Both the position numbers and the translations under genes were made by a program. A stretch of 64,000 nucleotides of DNA. Origin: Mizuhopecten yessoensis. Its lineage: Eukaryota. Shown here one piece after another: positions 35,601 to 46,064 of the stretch (the stretch's first letter is position 1; the number at the start of each line of letters is the position of its first letter). The stretch covers positions 2,633,212-2,697,211 of the forward strand of contig NW_018408761.1 of NCBI RefSeq assembly GCF_002113885.1. Direction: 5' to 3'. The notes below the pieces were generated by a model, which was given only the letters and a program-made list of their open reading frames with translations, was not told where the DNA came from and searched no databases.

Positions 35601-38600
35601 ATATATAATATCATTGGACAGTAGTCTAAAACCTTTAAAAATTTACAAAATCATCAGAAACAGTATTTCAGTTAAAAAAAAAAAAAGATTATTATATATA
35701 TGAGTCAAAATGAATGATGATTTAAAGTGATTTGTAACACATGTTACCAAAATCTTATTGCAGGTCATAAATACAAAGCCTTTGAAAGGTACTGGTTTTC
35801 AATACATTTGCCGACTTCTGTTTACCGGACGGTATGAAATACATACAATTTATTACATTGTTGTGCACACAATATGCACCACAAAGTAATAAGGATGTAA
35901 TTATAATCGTTTACAATGTTATATCAGTGTGTCCCTATAATGTAATCAATATGAGTTGTGAAATTGTTTGTTTTTATTTCAGATTCCATCAAATATTTCA
36001 ATGTTTGTTATATTTTAAAACATCTTCATTTTTGATTTCAGTGTTTGTTCCAGAGCGACCAAATACTTTACACCATAGTACCGGTGTCTGGACGTGAGGA
36101 GTTGGAGCGTGCATATGTAGAGAATTCTGAAGGGGTAACTTGTTCATAGCTTTACTTAGTTTATTCTGAATGCAGACATATCTGTCTCTATATTCAGATC
36201 ATACTCCATATTATTACTCAACATAATAAATGTTCATAAGGCGGAATAATATTAAACTTGCATTGGTTCTCAGCCCAGCTCACATTGTTTATTTTTTTAT
36301 TGAAGGAGATTGGGGTTCTCCCTCAATTCCTCCTCATTACCTATACTGGTTCAATAAAATGAAAAATAAAATTGTCTAAAATAGTAAATATAAGAAAATG
36401 AACACTAGGTAGGCACTTGACTTACTTTGGTAGACAGGGAAGCAGAAATTGTATAATTGAAATTCTATCTCCAGTATTAATACTGAATTATTTACGGATG
36501 TACACCCATACCCTTTCTGCCATCTCTTCACACACATGGTTAGTAACATATACTGGTAAATATTCTGATAGTATTCTAATTTATTAATTGTGACCATTTA
36601 ACTGAAATTTTGATATCCAGTAAACAAATTGTTATTCTATTAACTTAAGTCTTCTTTGATGTTAACATAAATCTATGAATTATAATTAAATACCTTTGAT
36701 CCTGCCTTTGCTTCCATCGACTTACCTTCGACCCCTCTCCGCAGACTCCCTGTGTAATTGATCTTTATCTTAATACAATATTGCAGATCAAGCATGTATT
36801 GATGATCAACTGTGGGGGGACGATAGATGTGGTAGAGACCCTACAGCCTGAGGAATGTGTCCGCTTCTACATCTGTGACAGGTAAGGTATTACTAATGTG
36901 ACAGGTAAGGTATTACCACTGAAGAATGTGTTCGCAGACACAGTGGATTTTACTTACACCTAAGGTTAACTCATTGTCTGCTATGTTTGATAATCCTTGC
37001 TTGTGCTGATTTTGCTCTTAAAATTATTAAAAATTACATGTGTTTTGTAAATATAAGAGCAAATTCTTCTTTCTTCTTCTTCCTTCTTGGGGTCTGGACT
37101 TGGTCCGCCCAAGTACGGGAGTAGACTCCTGTAATAGGAATGTAAAACGTCCGGAACTGTGCGCTATGTACAATTTTGAATGGACTTAAAATTTTATATT
37201 AAGATATGTTACTCTCATATAATATGTGAATACATTAATAAAATGAAAACATTGAAGATTAACAACATTTTAACATATATACAATTTGTACAGTGGCCTT
37301 GTGGATTAGTATAGTGATTTGACCCCTTCAATAGTTATAAGTGGAGATGCCACTTTTGAAGGATTCAAGGGAAGAAGTCATGCACATAGATTCTGGTAGG
37401 GTAATCCAGTCTGTTATTGTCTAAAGTCTAAATTACATCACCATCGACCATTTATGTGTTTTGTCTTGTTAGAATCCAAGACAGAATTCACATCACATAA
37501 GGTTTATAATTGTTTCGCTATGGGAATTTTACAGTTTCCGTGGCAGTTATTCAACACATGTTGATAGACCTAATTATAAACATATAAATGTGTGTGTAAT
37601 ATTGACAAACAGAATCCAATCATAGATACATGTAAATCCCTGGTTGTTACGTATATCAATCTCTGTTCTGTACCAGTCACCGTCCAGTCGACATACACAA
37701 CATATATAATGCTGTCCAAGTCAAACTGTTGATGAAGGAGGATGAGTTTGAAGAGCTTCCAGAGTATGACCAAGTCTTCAGAGATGAGGTAGGTATCAAT
37801 CTAAAGTTTAAGAAATAATAATATAATATAAAAGAAATTATTTGACATTCATTATTGAATTGTAGGGGCTTTTTTATGCATATTAAAAAACTGTCAGTTA
37901 TATCACAAGCAATTATTTAGTAAATTAAACACAAGCTAATGTAATCTAGCGCTTCTAGAAAAAACGCATATATCACGAAATGGTTATTGAGCAAAGCTAA
38001 TGCCACACAGTGCTGTTAGAAAAAGCTTACATATGTCAACCTTCATTAAAGGAATAAGACATATTTCTGTAAGTATCTTAACACAATAGATACTGTATAG
38101 CACTACTTTATATGATTCTCATGATCTTGTCTGTAAGCATGAGATAAGGCTGTTCAGATCACCATATATCTGGTCAGTCATCCAGATGTAAATAATTCTT
38201 GATGTTATATATCAAAGAGTGCTGAACAGATCTTTATGAAATTTCATACATAGGTTTTCCTTGTTTTTTAGTTGTGCATGTTTAATTTTGAGACTGATCA
38301 CAAGTTTGGTATATCAAGATCACATACTGATGAATCAATAAAGCCCTAACACATGTCTATTTATTGGAATCTAGTCTGACGATGAATCTGGTAACGAGAG
38401 TGATGACTCCGAGAAGTCTGGGAAGAGAAGAAGGTATGATGATGACTACCTGGAAAGAAAACGACAGAAGCGATTATGGAACGAGGAAAGGTAATCTTAT
38501 TTCATCAGAAAACATATACTGTGCTTCCTGGTATTTAGCCAAAGAATAATGACTTGCATTTAATAGTCAATGCTAGTAATATGACACCATTACTTGATAA

Positions 38601-41600
38601 TAAGGTGAAGTAAAATGAATTTTATAGTACTTCATACCATAGGGCAGAGAATGGACTAATCAAAAACCTTAAAAATACCTTAAAAGACAACAGGTTTGCT
38701 TTGGTCCACACCTCTATTTTGGCTTGATTGACCTGTTATCTGTCTCTGTGGTATACTGGTTATACTACAATAATTTTTTTTTCAAATTTCCAAGATGTAA
38801 ACTTTTAAAGTAATGCTAATTAGTATTTGGACTTAAGTGTTTCAACTTCTTAACATTATACATTGTTTGGTTTCAGGTCCAAGTTGTTATTTGAATATTC
38901 TCAATTTTCTACCTATGGAACAGCAGTAAGTATATAAATGAAGATGTTAAGAAGCTAATCAAAAATGTAACAAAGTATGTTTTTACTTAATATTTGTATT
39001 ATAACAATGAACATATAGCAAACCCTGTTTGATACAATTAGCCAAGTAGCACAAGTTGCACTCTGCTAATTAATGCTATGACCAGATGTGTACTGACTTT
39101 AAAGACACATTTCAGATTACTTACAAAATTAACTATTCTATTCAAATAAATAGTATTATAGAGCAGCCTACATCTTATTCTTGTTGGTTAAAAAACAGCT
39201 GAGTGGATTTTGATTGAACTCGGGTAGGCCTAAAATCTGAACTTGAATTATTCAAAATCCTACTTTTCCAAATTTGGTCTGAAATATCAGTAGGATAAGG
39301 TGATCAGATCGTGGTTTGTAAAACTGAAGTTTGTGTGACGGGCCAAACATAGGAATTTTGAAAGATTTACAAGCTACTTAAAAAAATATTCAGATCCCAT
39401 GTTATATAATCACTTCCTAATCATGATTTTATGATAAAGATATCCTCAAACAAATCATTGCCTTGCATGAAGAGGAAAGTGCTATCATGGTACCAATGTT
39501 TGTTCCTGGGTCAGCCTTGCCCTGGTGACTTAGTCCGAGGCATGACATTTGTACCAGTTCTTTTTGATTATTTTGTGTTGAAACTTCTCGGGGAATGTGA
39601 GTGCAAAGGAGAAGATTAATAGTGTCACAAAGGAATACTTAGCATTTCTGTTACCTGTTTGGTGTGCAAAGCATAAAAATATCAAAATTTGGCATATATT
39701 TCCCTAATTTAATCATTTTTAGCTCACCTGGCACACATTTTTAGCTCACCTGGCACAAAAGGCCATGTGAGCTTATGCTGTACTGCGGCCTCCGTCGTCC
39801 GTCAGTCAACTTTTTATTTTGAACGGCTTTTTCTTATTAAAATGACCTTGACCTTTCAAGGTCACAGGAGTCAAATATGTTAAAAACTTCAAACAACAAT
39901 ATCCTATAAGAACCATTTGGACTAGAGTCATGATACCCGGGTATGTTATGTAGACCAGCAGTGCAAACCTATTTCTTTATTACAGTTATGAGACCAAAGG
40001 TCAACTTTAAGTGCTAGTCGGGGGTCAAACGTAAACATGGGTTAAAAGCTTTAACAATCTTCTCAAGTTCAATAAGGCCAAGGGCCATGACATTTGGCCA
40101 GTAGGGACCGGAGATGGAGTGCTATACAATTTCCTCATTTAAATGACCTTGACCTACTTTCAAGGTCACAGGGGTAAATTATGTTAAAAACTTAAAACAA
40201 CAACATCCTATAAGAACCATTATACCTGAGTATGCAATGTAGACCAGCAGAGCAAATATTTTTCTTCATAACAGTAATGAGGTCAAAGGTCAACTTTAAG
40301 TGCTAGTCGGGGGTCAAACGTTCAACATTGGTTAAAAGCTTTAAAATCAAAATTTGAAATTTCAAACAATATCTTTAGAAACCTTTAAGAGATGTTAAAA
40401 TGTGTTGTGTATTAAATAGTTACCAAATTTGGTCTGAAGTTACCTATATGTCGGTTTCATGTAACAAAAGAAACAGGTAAATGATACAGGCCCTCTTGAC
40501 CTCTTGTTAATGTACAGTCCATACATTAAATGCTAACTATTGTGATGAAATAAAGCTTGGTATTAATCCAAGGAATAATTTAAGTTGTATGTTATATGTA
40601 TTTTGTATTTTTAGCCATTATTAACACTTTATTTTTCTTGTAGGCAGCCTTGCTTATATTTGAATTGGCCTGGAAAATGTCCAAAGACACCAATGACCTT
40701 TTATGGTAAGTAGAGCCTGCGTGTAACAGTGTGTGTGCAATGTAAAGCTGTTATGAAAGATTTAATTGTTAGACGTCACTACAAATTGCTACTTTTCAGG
40801 GATGTTATTCTTCCTCTTTTCAGAAGATTTCCTCTTTTCCCCTACTTTCATACGAGGATTTTAAATCTTGTTGATTTTTTCTGATACAATGATAATCGAT
40901 TCATAAAGATTAGGTGTGTTCCTCTGCTTTCATTTTGCTTTCCTCCTTTTTTCCCTCAATCACATTCCTGTTATATATATATAATCAGATGGCAAGAAGA
41001 ATAACCCCATTTCTGCTAGAAATTCATGCAGTCATTTCTGTCCTTTGAGCGTCCAGACCTTGAACATGTTGGTTGAGTGACAGATGCTCTTGAACAATGA
41101 CCATCTGATTATGTCAAGACTCTGGGCATTAAGTATTTATGCATATATATATCCTGGAAGAGACTGGCAAGAACATACAGATAATTTGTTTTGTAGGTTG
41201 TCTATCTTGGGAGTGACTGACCAGTACATTCATTACAAAACACCAAGGGACAAATACATAGATGATGTGATGGCTCTACAGTCCCATGTGTCTCGCCACA
41301 ACCACAGGTGAGTTATCATGTGTTCAATAATTTACATACATCTGCTTTATTCAAAGGTACTAAGTGAGAAATACACAGGCCAGATTATAGGTCACGCAAA
41401 ACATTAGTGGCTGCCCCATCCTTTGACGTAGATGAGAACTCAAAACAGTGTTTTATAGTGTTTTGCTTTATGGCCATTAAGTTACATTGTGTAGATTTAA
41501 CACCTGTGAAACTGTTGACCACAGATAATGTATCCTGACTTCAGACATTCATCCTATCTAATAGATTATGTTTTATTAACACTTTTCGTGATGGTGGATT

Positions 41601-44600
41601 TAGTTTGCATTGATTGATCTTTATCATTCTTTTAAAATAAGCTCAACTGACCCTATTTAAGATAATTTTATATTATATTGACCTCATGCAATTTGAAAAT
41701 TAATGCAATATCTAGTTATTTTGTCAAGAACATACTCCCGGAGTGCTTGTTCTATAGCTTTATGTTTACTTGTCAGAGATGACGAAGACAACATCCTATC
41801 TGTGAACTGTCTCAAGATCTCCTTTGACGAAGAGCTCCAGCTACCGTTGTATCGACACTGGTCGTTGTTCGAAAGCATCTGTCACTCAACCAACATGGCC
41901 TGCAAGTTCAAGGTCTGGACGCTCAAAGGACAGAAACGACTGCATGAATTTCTAGCAGAAATGGGGTAATTCTTCTTGTCGTCTGATTATGTCAAGACCC
42001 TGGGCATTAAGTATTTGCTGTCATACATGTCATTGTTTTCAGTTGGCCAAAATTAAGAAAACTCTCAAGCTTGAAAGAAAATATTTTCAGAGCTAAAAAT
42101 CTGACATCAATAAATACTCCCATTTGACATCCTGGTTTAAAGAGCAAATGCTGCAAAAAATTCTTATGGAGATGTGTTCAGTTGGAGATCTCCCTTTTGG
42201 AGGTTTCATATGTTGACGGGTACGGCGGCTTTCATTGATATGTCTGTACATTGGACAATCGGGTTAAACTTTCAGATACATCTTGAGGAATACATCAAAT
42301 GTAGGTCACTGTGACCTATGTTTTAGGCTTCACTGATAAGTTTGCATTCAACTCCTTTCCTTTTTTTTATGCCTCCGCCATAAAATGGGGGGGGGGGGGG
42401 GGGCATATAGTGTTGCCCATGTCTGTCCCGTCCGTTAGGCATCAAACACTGAAACTAATTTCACATGGTGAGGGGACATTCATGTCTTAAAGACATTTTC
42501 TAGTTTTACTTTATATTCAGCTCCATGTTCATCTGAGAGATGGAATATATATGCTTTAAAATTGTTTTCTAGTTGCTTAATAGAATGAAAAAAACTTCCG
42601 AGACTTATTTCATAAATATCATCCATGACCTTTTATATTTCACAATATTTTCCAGGAATAAGGAAATATATGCAAAACTTTTTTGTACAATAAATGACAT
42701 GAAGTCAATATTATTTCAGGATGCCTCTTACACAGTGTAAACAGAAGTATGCTGCAATGGATTCCAGTGTGAGGAATAATGTGAAACCCCTGATCCAGGA
42801 CCACATGGCCAAATATGGGTAACTGGGACCCTTATCTCTTAACTCTTATATCAGGATGATCTGTTGTATTAAAAAGATTCTTGCTATCTTTACATCAGAG
42901 TTACTCAAGACTCAAGTGTATATAAGTTTTTAAAGGGTTATTACTCTTAAAGAAAGTATGTATGATTAATTAAAAAGCATGTACATCCTTAATTTTTAGC
43001 ACAACTCACGGGTATAATGTGCACAGTAGCATAGATTTTTTACTCTTACATAAATCAAATGCGTAAGGTAGCATGCATCCTTAAGTGTATCACAAATCAA
43101 AGGTAAAATGTGTAAGATAAAAGCTCTATTTGAAAGAAATTCTACTTGTACTTGATATGCCTATGTATAATGATACTGTAAAGCTTTGTATGTGCCATGT
43201 TTCCATTGTGTCTGACAGGCTGGTGCCTCAAGATGTAGTGTTTCCCTCCTTCTTTGCCCAGTACGGATACAAAAACAAGCTCTGTGCCACAGATGTTGTC
43301 CTTGGGTGTGTGTCCACACTGGAGTCTATTGTAAGTACTATGGGGTGTTTAGGAGTGCTCCAAACACCTAAATCAGTATGTTGTCCTTGGGTGTGTCCAC
43401 ACTGGAGTCTGTTGTTAGTCCTATGGGCTCCAAACACCTAAATCAGTATGAAAATCAAGGGCAGGAGAACTGTTTCAGTTTTGCTCTACAATGTTAAAAA
43501 CAGATATTCAAATTAATAGCTGTTGGCATCCTTAGTATGATTTACAGTTCAAAATATTCCTTCGGTCTGCAGGAAGCTTCCGTTTTCCTGTTCAGTCACA
43601 TAACATTTGAGTTTTGGGGGCAAATTTAGGGAAAGTTTAGTCTAATTCTTCATTTAGAAATAGTGTTTTGTTATTATAAACTCAAAAAGCTCTCCAGTGA
43701 CATATTTTTGCAGCTTTAATATTTATTTTCTGATTACAGATTTTCCAATTCATTATTACTCATTATGAGATCGCTATTGGTTACTATTACAATGACATCT
43801 ATTTACAGTTTACTGTTGTTCTGATTTAGGAAAAGGGAAAGAGTCCGACCGACCATTTCCTAAATGCACTGGATGTCTTACAGAGGTAAGGAACATATAG
43901 CTCCAGGTGTCGTTAAGTTTCCCAGGATTCTAATTTTTCTTTTTCTATTTAATTGTGCAATATTTTTATCCCTATTAATATTTGAGCTTTACAGCATTAA
44001 CATACATAGCCAAAAATGATGCTACAATGTCATGACTTTGCAGCAATTGTGGTGTATACTCTTTTTCTGACCTTATTTGTTGATTAAGGCAGTGCAGAGT
44101 TATTTTCCATTATATTTATGTTATTTGTTCCAAACTCTTACAAAACAGTTTTAGTTTGCACCCTCTTATTAGGGGTTATAATATTTTGAAAATTTTCTCA
44201 GTGATGTTTCTGAAAAGTACTTACAAATATATGACCAAAGGTGCATTAGATAAGCTCCTTTTATTACAATCATGTTATGAAGGGTTCGACTCCTTTTAGC
44301 AGAGATGTTTTTTATGAAGTAAACAAAAATGTAATAAATAATTGTTTGTGTACAACTCTTTGCATAGTAATAGGCAAGCAGCTCCAGATCAGAAAAATGC
44401 CAAACAAAATGGAAGTTTTTTTCTTTGGAGATTTAGTTTAGAGTAAATGGACTCTCTTCCTTAAGCTGATACAAAATTAATTGATGGACTGCTATAAATG
44501 TTGATAAACTGCTGTTGTAATTTTGTAATTATATTTGTGATTGTCCTGATTAACTTGTGTTGTACTTGAAACTTTCAGGGGAAATGTGATTGCCATGGAG

Positions 44601-46064
44601 AAGTCTCTAGTTTGTGCCAAGACTCAGGTACAGGCTCTCGTCACACAGGTCCGCACCTTCCTGGACATGCACCAAGTGATCTCCGCTGGACCCTTCCTCT
44701 ATGCCTTCATACAAGAGGTATGTCTCCCCTTAATTTTTTACAAACTCTTGACTTTTCTGATTTCACATTTTCCACTTCCCAAACTTTACTGTACTGATTG
44801 CATCAAACTTTGGCAGGAAGCATAAGTTTATATTGACTTGTCTTCGCGTGCAGGGTACAGCAGATGTGAAGTATTTCTCCACGCCCCAGTGTCTGATGAG
44901 GCTGGCCCGGTTTACACAGGAGGCTCACTGCTCGGTGGTAAGTATACATACCCTGGTCAGTATCTACAACACTAATTTCAGTGTCATTCAGGGATATTAA
45001 CCAGATATTAGACACCTTGGCGGGGGGTCTGAATCACTATGTCCTTGTTTGTTGTTGTTTTTGTCAGGCACGTCACTTTTCATTGTCTATGCATGTATAT
45101 TGAAATGTAATATTGATAAAATAACCAGGTGGTTATATGAAAAGGTAGTAGTATGAAGACAGTTGGATGCCAATTAATTTATTGAGCTTTATTGGCATTA
45201 AAACCAAATATACATGTTCTGGGATTGTAAAAATTGCTGTCGGAAAATATACAAAAAAACCCCTCAAATTTTGCTTATATTTTTCAAAACTTGTGTGATT
45301 TTTTTCTCACCAAAATTTCATGAATCTGAAGGCATGATAAAACTGGATTAATGACTTCACACCTACCCTTGTTCTAATATTGTAACCCCTTTGTGCTGTA
45401 TTTATCAGAGTCGTAACAAGCGAGCCCGGTCGATGCCGCTTGTGTTGGGAGCCCCTTTAGACAGTGAACAGGGTACAACTCTTGTGATTGGTATCCCACC
45501 CCTACAGCTCGATGACGAGAGGAAAAAGTAAGTATGGCACTCTTATGACTTTAGAACAGGATAAATAAACCCAGGTCTGTGAGAGTTGGAAAAATACCAA
45601 TCGAGATCGTATGTTCCATAATTTCATAGACCATTCAACTGTACATTGTTGTACATGATAATTTGAATGCCATGCTGTAGATTTGATGTTCACAGCTAAG
45701 TTTTGTATTTGTAGCTTCTTTGGGAAAGCGTTTGAACAAGCAGCCGTGGGTTCCAATGCTCGAACTTTACTGGACAGCTTTGACACTTTTAGTAAGTATT
45801 TGAAAACCTGTTAATAATAACTGTACCTATTGACTATGAATGACAACAGGTCCTGCACTTAAAACGTTACATCTTGTATTTTTTTCAAGGTCATGTTTCT
45901 ATCAATAAAAACGTCATGTTATTGCTCTTTTGCCTCCATTTGTGGTCAGATTGTATAACTCATCCTATTTGTGTGAACATTTTTTTTTTTCCATTTCAGT
46001 TGTGGAAATGAAGACAGAAGACAAGAGCAAGTTCTTTGATGCCCTGATTAGTTTACTGCAGTAA
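32568..46064 (+). CDS. CDC45: Cell division control protein 45 (CMG helicase subunit); complete 18-exon gene, 1689 nt, 562 aa
   Basis: Exons: 32568-32618, 34569-34628, 36042-36134, 36787-36881, 37677-37788, 38375-38490, 38877-38925, 40644-40705, 41197-41307, 41777-41965, 42720-42818, 43219-43330, 43830-43885, 44579-44717, 44854-44937, 45409-45527, 45715-45791, 46000-46064. All junctions GT-AG with consistent phases. Motifs MFVKDFRK, DVDALCACKIL, INCGG, DSHRP, HVSRHNHR, LYRHWSL, EFLAEMG, GPFLY, NFFGKAFE, KFFDALISLL. Confidence 0.97.
32939..33078. repeat. Near-perfect fold-back palindrome (66-bp arms, 8-nt loop) in CDC45 intron 1
   Basis: 32939-33004 is the reverse complement of 33013-33078 with 2 mismatches. 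Confidence 0.92.
33773..34526 (+). mobile_element. Non-autonomous Helentron-like element (DINE-1/HINE architecture) with ~155-160-bp internal tandem repeats
   Basis: 5' TATCCCCC with nearby inverted GGGGATA, then (GTCT)n, internal repeats (GAGTTATGGCCCCTT x4), and a 3' GGGGATAT followed by hairpin AAATTC-CAT-GAATTT. Confidence 0.72.
34569..34628 (+). CDS. CDC45: CDC45 exon 2 (RVLVLVAFDVDALCACKILQ)
   Basis: Conserved DVDALCA motif. Confidence 0.96.
34647..35563. mobile_element. hAT-like non-autonomous TIR element carrying 4 x 48-bp tandem repeats (35263-35454)
   Basis: Termini TAGGGGTGTAAAA ... TTTTACACCCCTG; subterminal GCCCGGGGCTA motifs at both ends; no clear target-site duplication. Confidence 0.68.
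36042..36134 (+). CDS. CDC45: CDC45 exon 3
   Basis: CLFQSDQILYTIVPVSGREELE matches LFxxDxxxYTxVPVSG. Confidence 0.94.
36787..36881 (+). CDS. CDC45: CDC45 exon 4
   Basis: IKHVLMINCGGTIDVVETLQPEE...FYICD. Confidence 0.94.
37677..37788 (+). CDS. CDC45: CDC45 exon 5
   Basis: HRPVDIHNIYN...VFRDE. Confidence 0.94.
38375..38490 (+). CDS. CDC45: CDC45 exon 6 (acidic loop and basic NLS-like stretch)
   Basis: SDDESGNESDDSEKSGKRRR...RLWNEER. Confidence 0.9.
38877..38925 (+). CDS. CDC45: CDC45 exon 7
   Basis: SKLLFEYSQFSTYGTA. Confidence 0.92.
39714..40508 (+). mobile_element. Non-autonomous Helentron-like element (HINE) in CDC45 intron 7, with ~300-bp internal duplication and a duplicated 5' end
   Basis: TTTTAGCTCACCTGG...CCATGTGAGCT, then CCGTCGTCCGTC; AAATGACCTTGACCT at ~39840 and 40141; 3' CAGGTAAATGATACAGGCCCTCTTGACCTCTTGTT. 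Confidence 0.75.
40644..40705 (+). CDS. CDC45: CDC45 exon 8
   Basis: AALLIFELAWKMSKDTNDLLW. Confidence 0.95.
40981..41138 (-). repeat. Templated insertion in CDC45 intron 8: inverted copy of 41859-41990 followed by a direct copy of 41982-42016
   Basis: Hand alignment: 123 nt with 7 mismatches and one 9-nt deletion (inverted part), then 34/35 identity (direct part). Confidence 0.93.
41197..41307 (+). CDS. CDC45: CDC45 exon 9
   Basis: LSILGVTDQ...LQSHVSRHNHR. Confidence 0.95.
41777..41965 (+). CDS. CDC45: CDC45 exon 10
   Basis: DDEDNILSVNC...LYRHWSLFES...GQKRLHEFLAEMG. Confidence 0.96.
42362..42505 (+). mobile_element. Short HINE-like remnant with a poly-G run
   Basis: TTTTATGCCTCC...GGGGCATA, GTCTGTCCCGTCCGT, and a 3' GGGGACAT followed by hairpin ATGTCT-TAA-AGACAT and TTCTAGTT. 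Confidence 0.6.
42720..42818 (+). CDS. CDC45: CDC45 exon 11
   Basis: MPLTQCKQKYAAMD...KYG. Confidence 0.94.
43219..43330 (+). CDS. CDC45: CDC45 exon 12
   Basis: ...FFAQYGYKNKLCATDVV...LES. Confidence 0.93.
43830..43885 (+). CDS. CDC45: CDC45 exon 13
   Basis: EKGKSPTDHFLNALDVLQR. Confidence 0.92.
44579..44717 (+). CDS. CDC45: CDC45 exon 14
   Basis: ...QVISAGPFLYAFIQE. Confidence 0.94.
44854..44937 (+). CDS. CDC45: CDC45 exon 15
   Basis: GTADVKYFSTPQCL... Confidence 0.92.
45409..45527 (+). CDS. CDC45: CDC45 exon 16
   Basis: ...MPLVLGAPL...GTTLVIGIPP...RK. Confidence 0.94.
45715..45791 (+). CDS. CDC45: CDC45 exon 17
   Basis: FFGKAFEQAA...FD. Confidence 0.95.
46000..46064 (+). CDS. CDC45: CDC45 exon 18 (coding end)
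   Basis: VEMKTEDKSKFFDALISLLQ* with TAA stop. Confidence 0.95.
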
